Shown: piece after piece, positions 46,898-61,900 of the stretch
How the letters are laid out: each line of letters opens with the position of its first letter
How positions within the stretch are numbered: the first letter of the stretch is position 1
From: the human T2T-CHM13v2.0 reference genome, Homo sapiens
DNA length: 64,000 nucleotides
Reading direction: 5' to 3' (one strand)
NCBI RefSeq assembly: GCF_009914755.1
Contig: NC_060947.1
Made by a program: the position numbers and the translations under genes
The notes under the pieces: model-generated
Told to the model about the DNA's origin: nothing
The model's database searches: none
Seen by the model: the letters and a program-made list of their open reading frames with translations, nothing else

Positions 46898-49800
46898 CTT
46901 TCACTCCTTTACTGAAACTTGTCTTGGTCTCTTTTTCTGCCATATTCCCCTCAGTTAAATTCTTTTAATCTGAAGAGGCAGAATTTAGGTTACCTTCTTC
47001 CTCGGATACCTTCCACCAGCAACATAGTTGCTGCAACATGACTCAGATGCATTCCCTAGCAATAAGAGATCTCTATGTGTAGCCTCCTTTGTCTGGAGAC
47101 ATTTGACTCCCATGCATGATTTTTCCTCTCCATCTCTCTTCTGCTTACTAACCAACCCCCAGAATAATTCCTCTTGGCCATAACTGACTCTGCTCCCCAT
47201 CACTGATTTCACAGCTCACTTCGATGGGTGGCATCTCAGGGTGGGAATGACTTCAGGGTCCACATTGAGCAGATTGGAGGCACTTAATTTCCTCCTAGAC
47301 AAGAGGCTCATAAGAGGGGTGAAGCTAAGGCCTAAAAACCTTATGATGTCTAGGGTTTTCTCTGCTTTTTCTTTCCACTTAAAATTGGCTCTTTTCCAAA
47401 AACATGCACTGTCTATTCTCCTGTTTTCTGTGTGTGTGTGTGTTCTAAAATGATTTTGTGCACCTGCAGGACCTCCCACCTTGGGAGCAAGCCTGCCTCT
47501 TTGCTTTCACTTTGCATACCATGTGACTTTTTAAACACACACTCCCTGTTATTCACATGCCCGTGGCTCTCTGTGTTTGTGCAGCAACGAAGGCACAGGC
47601 TCCCTTGTGGATATCCCCTGAGGTTTGTATTTGTTTTTGCCAGCTTGAGTGACCTTCAGTTTTTACTCTGCCTGCTGGCACATGGCCTGGACAGACACTA
47701 ATTGAAACTCTGGCTCTGCCAGCTTCTTACAACTCACCACGTGCTTTCTATTCTTGTTACACCCCAGGGCTAAGTTTTCTGATGGCTTCTAAAAGCAGCT
47801 TCTCTGTCTGCATAGGGCTTTGCTATGGCCCTTTAAGAATCCAAACCTCTTGTTTTTTAAGCTAGCACAACTTTGAGAAAAGGAGAAATTCTTACTCCAA
47901 GCCATAAGACCTTAGCGATTACTGTTTTATGTCCAGAGGACAAATAAACATTACCCTCTTGAATCCAAGAGCTGCAGTTTTTGTGCGCATATGAAGTCTT
48001 TCAATAATTATTCCTTGGGCTTCCTTCCACTTCCTCATATACCTTCAATTTCTCTAATTACTTCCACATCCTTCTCAATGCTCATCAAGACTTTCTAGGT
48101 CATTTTCTAACAGAGGGGCAAAGGAAGTCCAGGACTTCTGGCAGTTAACAGAGAAATAGACTTCTACAAAAAAGAGATAATCATTTCATTACTAAAATAC
48201 TCTGAATGAGGGTTACTATAAGGTCATGGATACAAGAATATAGGTTGGTCCAAGGACACAGATGTAATAGACATACAAGACAGAGATGAAAGATGGCCCC
48301 AGGCTAACAGATTACCATTGGAACAGTAATGAAAGGCGAGGGGAGTACCCAGTAAGGACATGTTAATTCTGGAACCCCAGGAAAGAGCAAAGACCCACTG
48401 TTCACTACAGTAACTCTTCTGTTCTCAAGTGAGTAATTGTGATGAGATGGGACCAAGGGTACAAGATAAAGACTGGTTAAGTCCAGAATCCAGGATGATA
48501 GGGGATACCTCATCCAGAATAATAGAAAGAAAGGGGCAATGCATTCTTTTTCATTTTTTTCTCTTTTTTCTCCTCCGTTCTCTTTGCAAATGGCATATGT
48601 GTAATAATATCTACATACCACAGGAGATGCCTCTTTTGAATGCATTCCTCAAAAGTGGGACAAGATTATCTTTCCCAAACCTTAAAGTGCTTGGCTTAAA
48701 AATGTACTGAGAAAAAATTACAAAATTTAGCCTTGGATCCTAGTACTCCTGGGCAAGAGGTCCTCAGATTAGCCTCTTAAGTCTTTTATAACTAAAAGTA
48801 GAATAGGAGGACAGGGTTAAGCCTGTTGAGTATGGCAAATGGAATCTCCTTCCTCCAAAATAAAAGATTCACACCCCTTTGTATTACTTAAGGGACCAGT
48901 TGACATTCTTCCACCAGTCCCTGGTAATTTCTAAAATATCACACACATGTTCAGATAAGTTCCAGCAAAAATCTAACTAAGCAGTCTCTTGAGAGGGAAA
49001 AACTTCTACAGTATGTAGATAACCTCTTTATCTACTCCCCCTTCACAGGACATGCATGGCAACATGCAGTACAAACCTTAACTTTCTAACAGAATTAAAA
49101 TGGCTTTTTTCTTATTAAAAGGATATACGAAACAGAAAAAGATAATTTTCCTCTGTGTTGTGATTTATTCCCCAGGCTGTGGCAAGCAAGGTTACTAGGG
49201 CTGCTCAGGGAAAGGAAACCAAGATGCCTGGCATGCCAACAAAAGGGTAAAAATTCTTACCTGTCACACTCCTGGCTTCTGTCCCTCTGTGCAAACCAGT
49301 TGTAGGAATGATAAAAAAAAAATCACTATATTCTCTGCTCCTCCACGAATGACTTCTGACTTCCCTTCTTGAATTTTCCTTTATCAGAGTTACCTTTGTG
49401 GACTCTAAATCCTGTAAAATCTACTTAACACCTCTTTGAAAATACCTCATACACTCATGGATAAGTCATAACCTTAGTTAAGGCTTATTGGTTTAATCTA
49501 TGAGTTTACTTTGGTAAAGCCGGAAATATTGGCTTTTGGGCCAGGCTAAAGTCAGGTAATAAGAGATTTGAAAGGATTTTCTTAAGAGCTCTATGGTTAA
49601 AAGCCAGCTTAATTAAAAGTGGATATCCAAGCTATATAAAATTTAAAAGCCTTTTGTTTTTTTTTCTTCTTGAATCTTAGTTTTTGAATATTTTTTTCCT
49701 CTGTTGACTGAATTGTTTTATTCTGTTTTATTTTCTTGCCACTCTTGATGCACACATCAGAGGAACCAAGATAATTACTACCAGCTTGTGACTCCTTGGC

Positions 49801-52295
49801 AAAAACACAGGGGAACCACAGACCCCATTTTGGAAAAAAAAGTGTTTTCCTTATGGGACCCCAGGAATTAAAAGTAAATAGATACCTTTCAAAATCTAAG
49901 GCTGTGTTCTGTGTGCTTTGAATTACCTGAAGTTTTTGACTTTTGAGAGTATCAGAAATTACTTTGCATTATGAGAGAACTTTGGTAATAACTAGGTAGT
50001 AAATATATTTATATGGATGGCTAATGGCAGTTATGGAGGAATACCCAGCTCTTTGCACATTTGGATCAGAGAAGCATGCTCTTGGCCAACTGGAAGGTAT
50101 AAAAACATCCCCACCCTGCGCTGAGAGATAAGACTTCCATGGGGGATAGGCTAATCACAGAATTGGTTGATTGACTTTGGATTACTTTGCAGTGAAATGC
50201 TGGTAAAATAGTTGTAAAATGGGACACTTGATTTTTGTTGATCTGTTTTTGCCTTCCAGTTGTGTCTGCTTATCAGGCCCAGGAAACTGCGTGCTTTCTC
50301 AGCTCTGTTCCTCCAAGAGCACTGGGAAGAGGCCATTTCCTGATGGTCCACACCTATTGCACTGAAGTGTTAACTAAATGCAGACTTCAGAGAGAAGGAA
50401 CTTCCCAGGCACGTGCATTAAGAGAGAAAGAGGTGAAGTATGACCTCATGGGAGCATTCCACTGGAAAAGGAAAGAAAGCCTCAGATGGACATATGTATA
50501 ACTTCCTAAACACATTGAGTTTGCTCACTTTCCAAACATAAAGAAAGCACTGCACGTGTGGGCAGTGCACCCTAAGGGAAGAATCATGGAAAAGAGGCCA
50601 GCCTATAAAGTCCTGGGATCAAGGTTAAAAATTGCACTTGACCTTCACATGCCCACTTGAGTCTCTTCCAAGCTTCTTTTTCTTTCGCTTTTTGTCCTGT
50701 TCTAAAGCCTTTTTAAATAAACTTCCACTCCTGCTCTGATACTTGCTTCAGTCCCTGTTTCTGCCTTATGCCCCTTAGTTGAATTCTTACTTCTGAGGAG
50801 GCAAGAATTGAGGTTGCTTCAGATCTGTACAAATTCACTGCCTGTAACTCAGATACCTTCCACCAGTGACAAAAGGAGAGAAATAATAATAATAAAAAAA
50901 CTAAAAGGAAATATATATAGCCTGGGGTTTTAGTGTGGGGGCTTGAAGTGTGCTGGTTGTGGGCAGTCCTCCACAGTGTGTCATCACTGATTTGTTCCTA
51001 CCCTCTTATGTGTCTCAGTTTCTCTCTCAGAAGGTCTAGCACCTCCAGGAGGGCTCAAAGCATGTAGTGACCAGCTCCTATATGGTTTTCCTGAACAAGC
51101 CTTTCTAAATTAATTTTATTGGGGGTTCCCTGTGGGGTTGCTTCGTGTAATAAGGGGTCAGCCTCCCCGACACTCCCACTCAGGCTCTGGTCACCCAGGG
51201 GTGCCTTTCAGCTGAAAGGAGCAAAATTTCATTTTCTCTGGAGCTGAGAAAACTCAGTCTCTCATTTATCTATAAAAACAACAGTTCCGTTCCTTATGCA
51301 AATGCACAGAAAAGCCAAATCAAGATTAATTTAGAGAGAAAAAGTAATGAAAAAGACCCTTTAGAATGCACTTCTTAACTAGCAATAGGGTACAGAAAGG
51401 AGGTCGCTCTCCTTGTCTTTAGATAAACAAAATCAATGGAGAAGACCCTGTAGAATCCATCTCCAAACTCGAATTAGGATCCTAAAGAACAACTTCCTAG
51501 GAAGAAAAAATAAAAACAGCTCAGAATAAATCAAGGCGCATCAATCAAAGGGAGGTTCTGGGCTCAGGAAGACTTACAAGTTTCACCAGCAGAAAAGCTC
51601 AAAGTTAGGGAGGTTTTCAATAGTCCCCTGCTGGTACCTTAGCTCAATGTTTGGGCAACTCCCTCAGGATCTTGAGTCTTCTCTTAGGCCCCTCGTTAGG
51701 TGTGAAATTATTTTTAACAAAAAAGTCAAATTCTGTAAAGTAGTGAAAGAGATTTATTCTGAGCCAAATATGAGTGATCATGGCCTGTGACACAGCCCTC
51801 AGGAGATCCTGAGAATGTTTGCCCAAGGTTGTGAGGGCGCAGCTTGGTTTTACACCTTTTAGGGAGACATGAAACATCAATCAAATACATTTAAGATACA
51901 CATAGGCTCCGTATAGAAAGGTGGGACAACTCAAAGTGGGGGGTTGTAGGTTATAGATAAATTTAAAATTATTTTGATTGACAATTGGTTGAAAGAGTTA
52001 TTATCAATAAAAAGGAATGCCTGGGTTACAATAAGAGGTTATGGAAATCAAAGTTTCATCATGCAGATGAAGCCTCCAAGTAGCAGGCTTCAGAAATAAT
52101 AGATTGTAAATGTTTCTTATCAGATTTAAGTTCTGTGTTGATGTTAATGCTGGAGAGTATAATGAGGCATGTCTGGCTTCCACTTCCTGTCATGACCTGA
52201 ACCAGTCTTTCAGGTTACATTTTGGAGTGCACTAGCTGAGGAGGATGTACTTTCAGATGGTTAAGGGTGGCTTAGAATTTTATTTTTGGTTTACC

Positions 52296-52580
52296 GGTGG
52301 CCTCTCATTGTGGTTTCAATGAACATTTCTATGGTGATTGGTGATACTGTATAATTTTAAACATATCTCCTTTCTATTTGTATATTTTCCTTTGAGAATT
52401 GTCTCTTCAAACCATTTGACTATTTTTTAATCAAGGTATTTTTAAAATTATTGAGTTATTTGACTTTCTTATATATTTTGAATATTAACCCCTTATCAGA
52501 TGATATGCAAGTATTTTCTCCCACTCCGTAGATTGTCTCTGTACTCTCTTGATTGTTTTATTGTTCATGCAAAAGGCATA
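52296..52580 (-). mobile_element. L1M fragment (continuation of 36240-36373)
   Basis: ctcattgtggttt, tttgagaattgtctcttca, tattaaccccttatcagat. Confidence 0.8.
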
Positions 52581-52619
52581 TATATATAGACAGATGATTG
52601 ATAGATAGATAGACGATAG

Positions 52620-55600
52620 ATTTTTGAGGTACACATGCAATTTTGTTACATGGATATATTGTATATTTGTGAACTCTGGTCATTTTTGTAACCATCATCT
52701 TAATAGTGTACATTTTACCTATTACATAATTTTTTTATTCCTCTCCTCCTTCTCATAACCCAGCGTGTCTAAGTCTTCATTGTCTATTACTCCACTCTCT
52801 ATGTCCGTGTATACACATTTTTAGCTCCCTCTTATATTTGGCTTTCTGAGTTATTTCACTTCAGATAACAGCCTTCAACTTTATTTACATTGTTGCAAAA
52901 GACAAGATTTTATTCTTCTCATCCGTTGATGAACTGTTAGCTTTATGCCACATATTTGATATTGTAAAGAGTTGCAATACACTTAGAAGTGAAGGTGTCT
53001 TTTTGATATAATTGTTTATATCCCTTTGAGTATATACACATTAGAATTGCTGGATTAAATGGTAACTCTGTTGTTACTTTTTTGAGAAATCTCTATACTG
53101 TTTTTTTCATAAAGGCTGTTCTAGTTTACATTTCCACCAATAGCGTATGTGCAGAACCTTTTCTCTACATCCCTGCCAACATTTTATTATTTGACTTTTT
53201 AATAATAGCTATTCTGACGGGTGTAAGATGGTATTTCATGGTGGTTTTAAATTGCATTATTCTAATCATTAGTGATATTGGGCATTTTTTCATATCTGCA
53301 TTGGCCATTTGTGTGTCATCTTTTGAAAAAAATATTTGTTCATGTCCTTTGCCTATTTTTAATGGCATTATTTTGTTTTATTTGTTTGTTTTTCTTGTTT
53401 AACTCTTTGAGATCCTTGTACATTCTGGATATTAGTCTTGGATGCATAATTTGTAAATAATTTATTGCATTTTGTGAACTGCCTGTTTACTCTCTTAATT
53501 ACTTCTTTGTGCAGAATTTTTTTTAGTTTAATTAAGTCCCATTTCTGTTTTAGCTTCTCTTTTTGTCTTTGCTTTGGAATCATAGTAATAAATTATTTGC
53601 CTAGGGCAACATCAAGAAGAGGTATTTCTGTTTACGTCTAGAATTTATATGGTTACAGATTTTATATTTAACCATGTTGAGTTGATTTTTGTATATAGTG
53701 AGAAATAGATGTCCAATTTCATTTTTCTGCATATGGCCCTACAATATTTACAGCGTCATTTATTAAATAGGTGTCTTTCCAGAGGGTATGTCTTTGTTGA
53801 CTTTGTCAGAAGTCAATTTGCTGTATGTATGTAGTTTTATGTGGATTCTATACTCTCTTTCATTGATCTATGTGTATATTTTTATACCAGTAATATGATA
53901 TTTTGATGACTATAATCTTGTAGTATAATTTGGTGTGAAGTAATGTCATTTCTTCAGCTTTATTCTTTTTGCTAAGTATTGCTTTGGCTATTGGGACATA
54001 TTTTTAGTTCCACATAAATATTAAGATTTTTTTTCCAGTTATGTAAAAATATGATGTTGGTATTTTGATAAGATTGAATTTAATTCATAGATTGCTTTGG
54101 GCAGTATGGTCATTTTAACAATATTAATTCTTCCAGTACATAAGCATTGAATATTTTCCCAGTTTTTGGTTTAATCTACAATTTATTTCAATTGTGTTTT
54201 GTAGTTTTTCTTGTAGAGATCCTTCAACTCCTGGGTTTAATATATTTATACATATTAAATTTCTTTGTAGCTATTGTAAATGAAAGTTACTTAATTTGGT
54301 TCTCAAATTGGTGAACACAAATGCTACTGGTTTTTATATTAATTTTATATACTGAAGCTTAATTAAACACATTTATCAAATCTAGGAGTCTAGAAAGAAA
54401 TTTTAGTGTCTTCTAGGTATAAGAACATAGCATCAACAAACAGATAATTTGAAATTCTTTTTTCCAATTAGAATACCTTTTGTTTCTATCTCTTGTCTGA
54501 TTGGTCTGGCTATGACTCCCAGTACTATCTCTAACAAAAAGAGTGAAAGGGGCATCCTCATCTTATTTCAGTTTGTAGGTGGAATGTATTCAACTTTTCC
54601 ACAATCAGTATAATTTTGGCTGTAGATTGGTCACATATGGTTTTTGTTATTTTGAGATATGTTTCCTTTATACTTACGTTGTTGAGAGTTTCTTTCATGA
54701 ACAGATGCTGACTTTGTTAGTTTTTTTTTTCTTCATCTACTTTAAGAATCATACTGGGTTTTTAGAAATTTATGCTTATGCTGTAAATCTCCTTTAAAGA
54801 TTTGCATATGTCGAACCATCCTTTCATCTCTGGAATAAAGCTCACTTTATGGTGGTGTATTGTTTCTTGATGTGTTGTTGAACTTGATTAGCTAGTAGTT
54901 TGTTGAAATTTGCATCTATGCTTATCGGGGATATTGGCCTGTACTTTACTTTTCTTAACTTGTGTCCTTGCCTGATTTTGGTATCTGGGTGATATGGGCT
55001 TCACAGAATGAGTACGAGAGGACTTCTTTCGCTTCAATTTTTAAAAACATTGATAGTAGGGTTGGTACCAGTTATTTGTACATCTGGCAGTATTCATCTG
55101 TGAAATTATTTGGTCCTGGGTTTTTGTTGCTGTTGTTGTTGAGTTTTTTTTTTTTTAATAGTGATTCAATCTCACTAGTCATTATTACCATGCTTGGGAT
55201 TTCTATTTCTTCCTGTATCAGTCTTTGAAGGTTTTATATTTCTAGGAATATATATATTTCCTCTAGGTTTTCTAGTTTGTGGATATAGAGTTGTTCATAG
55301 TAGTATCTGTGATCTTTTGTATTTCTGTCATATCAGTTTTAATGTCTTCTTTTTTATTTCTAAGGGTGTATATTTGAGTCTTCTCTCTTCTTTTCTTTAA
55401 TAGCCTGGCTAGCAATCAATTTATTTAACTTATATTTCAAAAAAGAAACTTTTCATTTTGTTGATCCTTTTTTTTGGTCTCATTTTTATTGAGTTCTGTT
55501 CTGACATTTGTTATTTCTTATTTTCTGTTAGATTTGGGTTTGGTTTGTCATTGTTTTTCTAATTCCTTACAATTCAAACTATGTCATTAATTTGTGATCT

Positions 55601-55970
55601 TTCAATGTTTTTTTTCAAGTAGGCATTTAGCTCTGTAAACTTTCTATAAATTATTTTGTTGGATCTCAGAGGTTTTGATATGTTGTAACTCTATTTTTAT
55701 TCATATCGGAAAGTTTTTTAATTTTTATATAAATTTGGTCATTGATCAAAAAATTGTTTTCAAAAAGTGGTTTTAATTCCAATACATATGTATAATTTTG
55801 AGAGTTTTTTACTATATTGATTTTTAGGTTTAGTCCCCTATCATTTAAGCAAATAATTGAAATAATTTTGAGTTTTTAAAAATTTATGAAAGCTTATTTT
55901 GTAGCCTAACACATGGTCTACCTTGGAGAATGTTTTATGTCTGATGAAAAAATGTATATTTTATAATTTT
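52620..55970 (-). mobile_element. L1PB-type 3' UTR and ORF2 remnant (short continuation at 63580-63625)
   Basis: ttttgttacatggatatattgtat 3' end; ORF 53165..53368 [34 protein letters not shown] is L1 ORF2 C-terminal. Confidence 0.88.
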
Positions 55971-55971
55971 C

Positions 55972-58900
55972 TTTTACAAATATATTTTTAAAATTTTTGT
56001 GGTTACATAGTAAGTGCATATATTTATGGAGTACATGAGATGCTTTGATACATGCATAAATGTGAAATAATTACATCATGGGGAATGGAGTATTGATCTC
56101 CTTAAGCATTTTATCCTTCATGTTACAAATAATTCAATTACACTTTTTGTTTACTGTAAAATGCACAGTTAAGTTATAATTACAGTCATCCGTTGGTACT
56201 ACCAAATAGTAAGTCTTCTTCATTCTATTTTTTGTACCCACTAATTATCATCACCTTCCCTCCAGCCTCCTACAAAGCTTCCAAGCCTGCAGTAACAATC
56301 TTTTTACTTTCTATGTTCATGAGTTTGATTGTTTTGATTTTGGACCCATGGATAAGTGAGAACATATAATATTTTTTCTTTCTGTATTTGACTTAAACTA
56401 ATGATCTCCAGTTTTATCCATGTTGTTGCAAATGACTGAATCTCATTTTTATGGCTGAATCCTACTCCATTATGTACATGTAACATACTTTTTAAATCCA
56501 TAAACCCCTTGATTGACACTTGGGTTGCTTCCAAATCTTATGTATTGTAAACAGTGCTGCAACAAACATAAAAGTGCAGATGTCGCTTTGATATACTGAT
56601 TTCCTTTTGGGGGGTTATTACTCAGCAGTGGGACGGTTGGATCATACAGTAGCTCAATATTTAGATTTTGAGGAACATCTAAACTGTTCCCCAAAGTGGT
56701 GGTAGTAATTTACATTCCCACCAGCAGTGTATGAGGATTTCCTTTTCTCCACATCCTCAGCAGCATTTGCTATTTCCTATATTTTGAATATAAGCCATTT
56801 TAAATGGGGTGAGATGATATCTCATTGTAGTTTTGATTTTATTTCTCTGATTATCAATTATATCGAGCACTTTTTTATATCATCTATTTGCCAGTTGCAT
56901 GTCTTTGTTTTCAGAAATTTCTATTCAAATCTTTTGGTTATTTTTTTAATGGGATTATTAGATTATTTTTTCCTATAGAGTTGTTCGAGCTCCTTATACA
57001 TTGTGGTTATTAATTCCTTGTCAAATGGGTAATTTGCAAATATTTTCTCCCACTCTGTCAATTGTCTATTCACTTTGTTGATTATTTACTTTGTTGTGCA
57101 GAAGCTTTTTAATTTGATTTGATTTCATTTGTCTATTTTTGCTTTGGTTGTCTGTGCCTGGGGGATATAGGTCAAGAAATTTTTTGCACAAACTAATGTC
57201 CTGAAGATTTTTCCCAAAGCATTTGGGTAGCAGTTTCATACTTAAATGTCTTACATTTAAGTCTCAAACCAATTTCGATTTGATTTTTGCATATGGCAAG
57301 AGATATGGGTGCAGTTTCATTCTTCTGCATATAAATATCCATTTTTTTCACCACCACTAACTGAAGAGACTATTTTTTCCCTGTATATGTTTTTGACACA
57401 TCTATTGTATATGAGTTCACTGTAAATGTGTGGATTTGTTTCTGGGTTCTCTATTCTTTTTGATTGGTCTATGTGACTATTGAGATACCAGTACCCCGCT
57501 GTTGTGGTTACTACAGCTCTGTAGTATAATTTGAAGTCAAATAATTTGATTCCTCCAGTTTTGTTCTTTTGCTTAGGAAAGCCTTGTGAATTCTGGGTCT
57601 TTTGTAGTTTCATATAAATTATATATGTATTTTTCCCATTTCTGTGAAGAATGCCATTAGTATATTGATACAGATTGTATTGAATCTGTGGATTGCTTGG
57701 GGTAGTATGAACATTTAACAATATTGATTGTTTCAATTAATGAAAATAAAATATTTTGCCATTTTTTGTTTCCTATTCAATTTATCAGTGGTTTATAGAT
57801 GTTATTACAGAGATCTTTCACTTTTTGGCTAATTCCCAGGTGTTGAATTATGTTTGTGGCTATTGTAAACGGAATTACTTTTCTTATTTTTTTCAGATTG
57901 TTCACTGTTGGCATATAGAAACGCTACTAATTTTTCTATGATGATTTTGTATCCTGCATCTTTATCAGTTTTTATGAATTTTTTATCATTTCTAATATTT
58001 TCTGTAGATTCTTTACCATTTTCCAAGTATAATATCATATAATCTGCAAAAAAAAAGGATAATTTGGATAATTTGATTTCTTTCATTCCAATTTGGATGT
58101 CCCTTATTTATTTCTCTTATCTAATTTTGCTAGCCAAGTCTTCCATTACTAAATTTTATAACAGTAGTTAAAGTGAGAATCCTCACCATTTTCTGGATCT
58201 TAGAGGAAAAGATTTCAGTTATTCCCCACTCATTGTGGTACTTGTTGTGGGTTTGTCATACGTGGCTTTTATTACGTTGAGGCACATTCTTCTTATCCTC
58301 AGATTTTTGAGAGATTCATCATAAAGGATGTTGAAATTTATTAAATGCTTTTTCAGCATCAATTGAAATTATCATAGGGTTTTTATCTTTCATTCTGTTT
58401 AAATAATGGATTACATTGATTAATTTGCATATGCGGAACCATCCTTGCATTGTAGGAATAAATCCCATTTGGTCATAATAAATTATCTTTCTAATGTACT
58501 GATGAATTCGGTTTGCTAATATTTTGTGGAAGACTTCTGCATCATTATTCATCAAAGACATTGTCCTGTACTTTGATTTTGGATTTGTTTTTTTCTGGTT
58601 TTTATGTCAGGTTAATACTGGCCTCCTAGAATGAGTTTGAAAGTATTTCTTCCTCTTTTATTTTTTGAAATAATAGTTTAAGTAACATAGGTATTAGTTC
58701 TTTAAAAGTTTGCTAGAATTTAATAGCAAAACCATTGTGTCCTGGGTTTTTCTTTACTGAGAGACATTTATTATGACTTCAATCTTATTACTTGTTATTG
58801 GTCTGTTTATGTTTTGATCTTCTTGCTGGTTCAATTTTGGCAGGTTTTATGTGTCTAGGAATTTTCCCATTTCTTCTTAGTTTTGCAATATAATGGTATA

Positions 58901-61900
58901 TAGTTGCTTATAGTAGCCACAAATGATCCTTTGAATTTCTGCAGAATTAGTTTTAATGCCTCATTTTTCATTTCTGATTTTATTTATTTGTATTTTCTCC
59001 TTTAAAAAAATTAATCTGGCTAAAGGTTTCTCACTTTTGTTTAGCTTTTCAGAAAACCAACTTTTTGCTTCACTTATCTTTTGTATTGGTTTTCTTGTTT
59101 CAATTTTATTTATGTCAGCTTGTATTTTTATTATTTCTTTTCCCCTGATAATTTCGGGTTTGGTTTGCTCTAGCTTTTCTATATCTTTAAGACGCATTTT
59201 TAGATTGCTTATTTGAAATTTTTCCTCTGTTTTTGATGTAGGTACTTATAAGATTAAATTTCCTTCATAGCATGGCCTTTCTATATTTCATAGGTTTTGG
59301 TACATAGTGTTTCCATTATCACTTGTTTCAAAATTTTTTTCAATTTTCATCTTAATTTCTTCATTTACCCAGTGCTCATGCAGGAGCATAATGTTTAATT
59401 ACCATGTATTTTTATAATTTAAAAATTTTCTCTGGTTATTAATTTCCAGTTTTATTCCATTGTGGTCAGAGAAGGCACTTAATATTATTTCATTTTTAAA
59501 AAATGTTTTGAGATTACTTTGTAAACTAACATATAGTTTAGCTGTGAGAATAATTTATGTGATGATAAAAATAATGTGTATTCTCAGCCATTTGATAAAA
59601 TGTTATGTAAATATTTATTATATCCATTTGGCCTATTGTGCAGATTAAGAATGATTCTTTTTGTCAATTTTCCTTCTGAAAGATCTGCACAATGCTGAAA
59701 GTGGGGTTTGAAGTTTTCAGTTATTACCGTAGTGGGGTCTATCTCTCTCTTTAATTCAAATAATATTTGCCTTATATAACTGGGTGCTCCAGTGTTAGGT
59801 GCATATATATTTAAAATTATTATATCTTTTTTAAAAATTTACATTTTTAATATTATATAGTGATCCACTTTGCCCCTTCTGTTAGTTTTTACCTTGAAAT
59901 TTATTTCATCTACGTTTAGCTACTCCTGTTCTTCTTTGGTTTCTAATGGCATAAAAAATCTTTTTCCATCTCTTTACTTTTGGTCTGTGTTTTTTTTGGA
60001 GGTGAAGTTTGTTTCTTGTAGAATCAGATTAATGGGTCTTCTTTTTTCGTCCATTCAGCCAGTATAAGTTTTTTGGTTGAAGAGTTTAGTCCATTTAAAT
60101 TCAATGTTATTATTCATAAATAAAAGCTTGCATCTTCCATTTTGTTATTTGTTATTTGTGGTCTTCTCTTCCTTCTTTCTTTCATTCCTGTTTTATTCTA
60201 ATGAAGATACTTTTTTTCTGGTAATTTAATTTAGTTTCTTGATTTTAATTTTTTGTATCCATTGTAGGTTTTTGGATTGAGGTTACCCTAAAGCTTGCAA
60301 ATAATATCTTACAACCCATTACTTTAACATGAAATGCTATTTGCATAAACAAACAAGTAAAAAGAAAACTAAGAAAAAACTCACCTTAACTTCGTCCTCT
60401 TACTTTTTAACATTTTGTTGTTTCCAGTTATATTTTATAGTGCTGTCTATATCTTGAAAAGTAGTAGTAGTTGTTATTATTTTTGATTCATTTATTGTTT
60501 AATCTTTTATATGGTAAAGAGTAGTTTACACACCACAGGAACATTGTTACAATATTCTTTGTTATTCTGTATGCTTACTATTACCAATGAGTTTTTAACC
60601 ATCAGGTGATTACTTATTGCTCATTAACATTGTGTTCTTGCTCATTAAAATACTCCCTTTAGAATTTATTCTTACAGGAGAGGCCTGGTGTTGATGAAAT
60701 TCCTCTGCTTTTGTTTGAATAAAAAATCTATCCCCCCTCTATGTTTAAATATTTTTTGCCAGATATAGTATTCTATGGTAATTTTTTATTTTCTTTAGCA
60801 TTTTAAATATGTCATGCCACTCTATCCTGATCTGTAAGAGTTTCACTGAAAAGTCTTCTGCCAGACATATTGAAGCTCAATTATATGTTTTTAAATTATT
60901 TTTATTACTACTTTTATAATTTTGTCTTTATTCTTAACTGTTGGGAGTTTAATAATTAAATGTTTTGAGGTAATGTTCCCTGGGTTAAATATGCTTGGTG
61001 TTCTATAATCTTCTTGTACTTGGATATAAACATCTTTCCCTAGGTTTGGGGAAGTTCTGTTGTTATCATCTTGAATACACTTTCTACTCTCATCTCTTTC
61101 CCTAACTCCTATTTCAGGCCAATAACTCTTAGATTTTCCCCTTTGAGGCTATTTTCTGGCTCCTGTAGGTGTGCTTTATTGTTTTATATTCTTTTTTCTT
61201 TTGTCTCCTTTGATTGTGTATTTTTAAATAGATGTCCTCAAGCTCACTTATTCTTTCTTCTGCTTGATCAAGTCTACTATTAAGACTCTGGTGCATTCTT
61301 CAGTGTGTCAATTGCACTTTTCAGCTGCAGAATTTCAGCTTGATTCTTTTTAACTATTCCAGTCTCTTTGTTACATTTGTTTGATATAATTCTGAATTTT
61401 TTGTCTGTTTTATCTTGAATTTCTTTGCTTTTCCTCAACTCAGCTATTTAGAATTCTCTGTCTGAAAGGTCACATATCTCTATTTCTCCACAAATTATCT
61501 CTTGTGGCTTATTTAGTTTAATGATGAGGCCATGTCTTCCTGGACTGTGTTGACGCTAGTATATGTTCTTCAGTGTGTGAGCATTGAAGAGTTAGGTATT
61601 TATTGTAGTCTTCACTTTCTCAGCTTATTTGTACCCTTCTTTTTTGAGTAGGCTTATGAAATATTTGAAATGACATGGGTGTTCTGATCTAACCTGTATC
61701 TGGTTTAGGGACACCTCATGCCCAGTAGTGCTGTGATTCTTGCAGACTCACAGTGGTACCATCTTTGTGGTCTTGGAAAAGATCCAGAAGACTTCTCTGG
61801 ATTATACAACAGAGACTCTTTTTCTCTTTCTTTACTTTCTTTAAAAAAGAGTTCCCCTCTCTGTTCTGAGCTATGTAAATCTGGGAATAGAGTGAAACAA

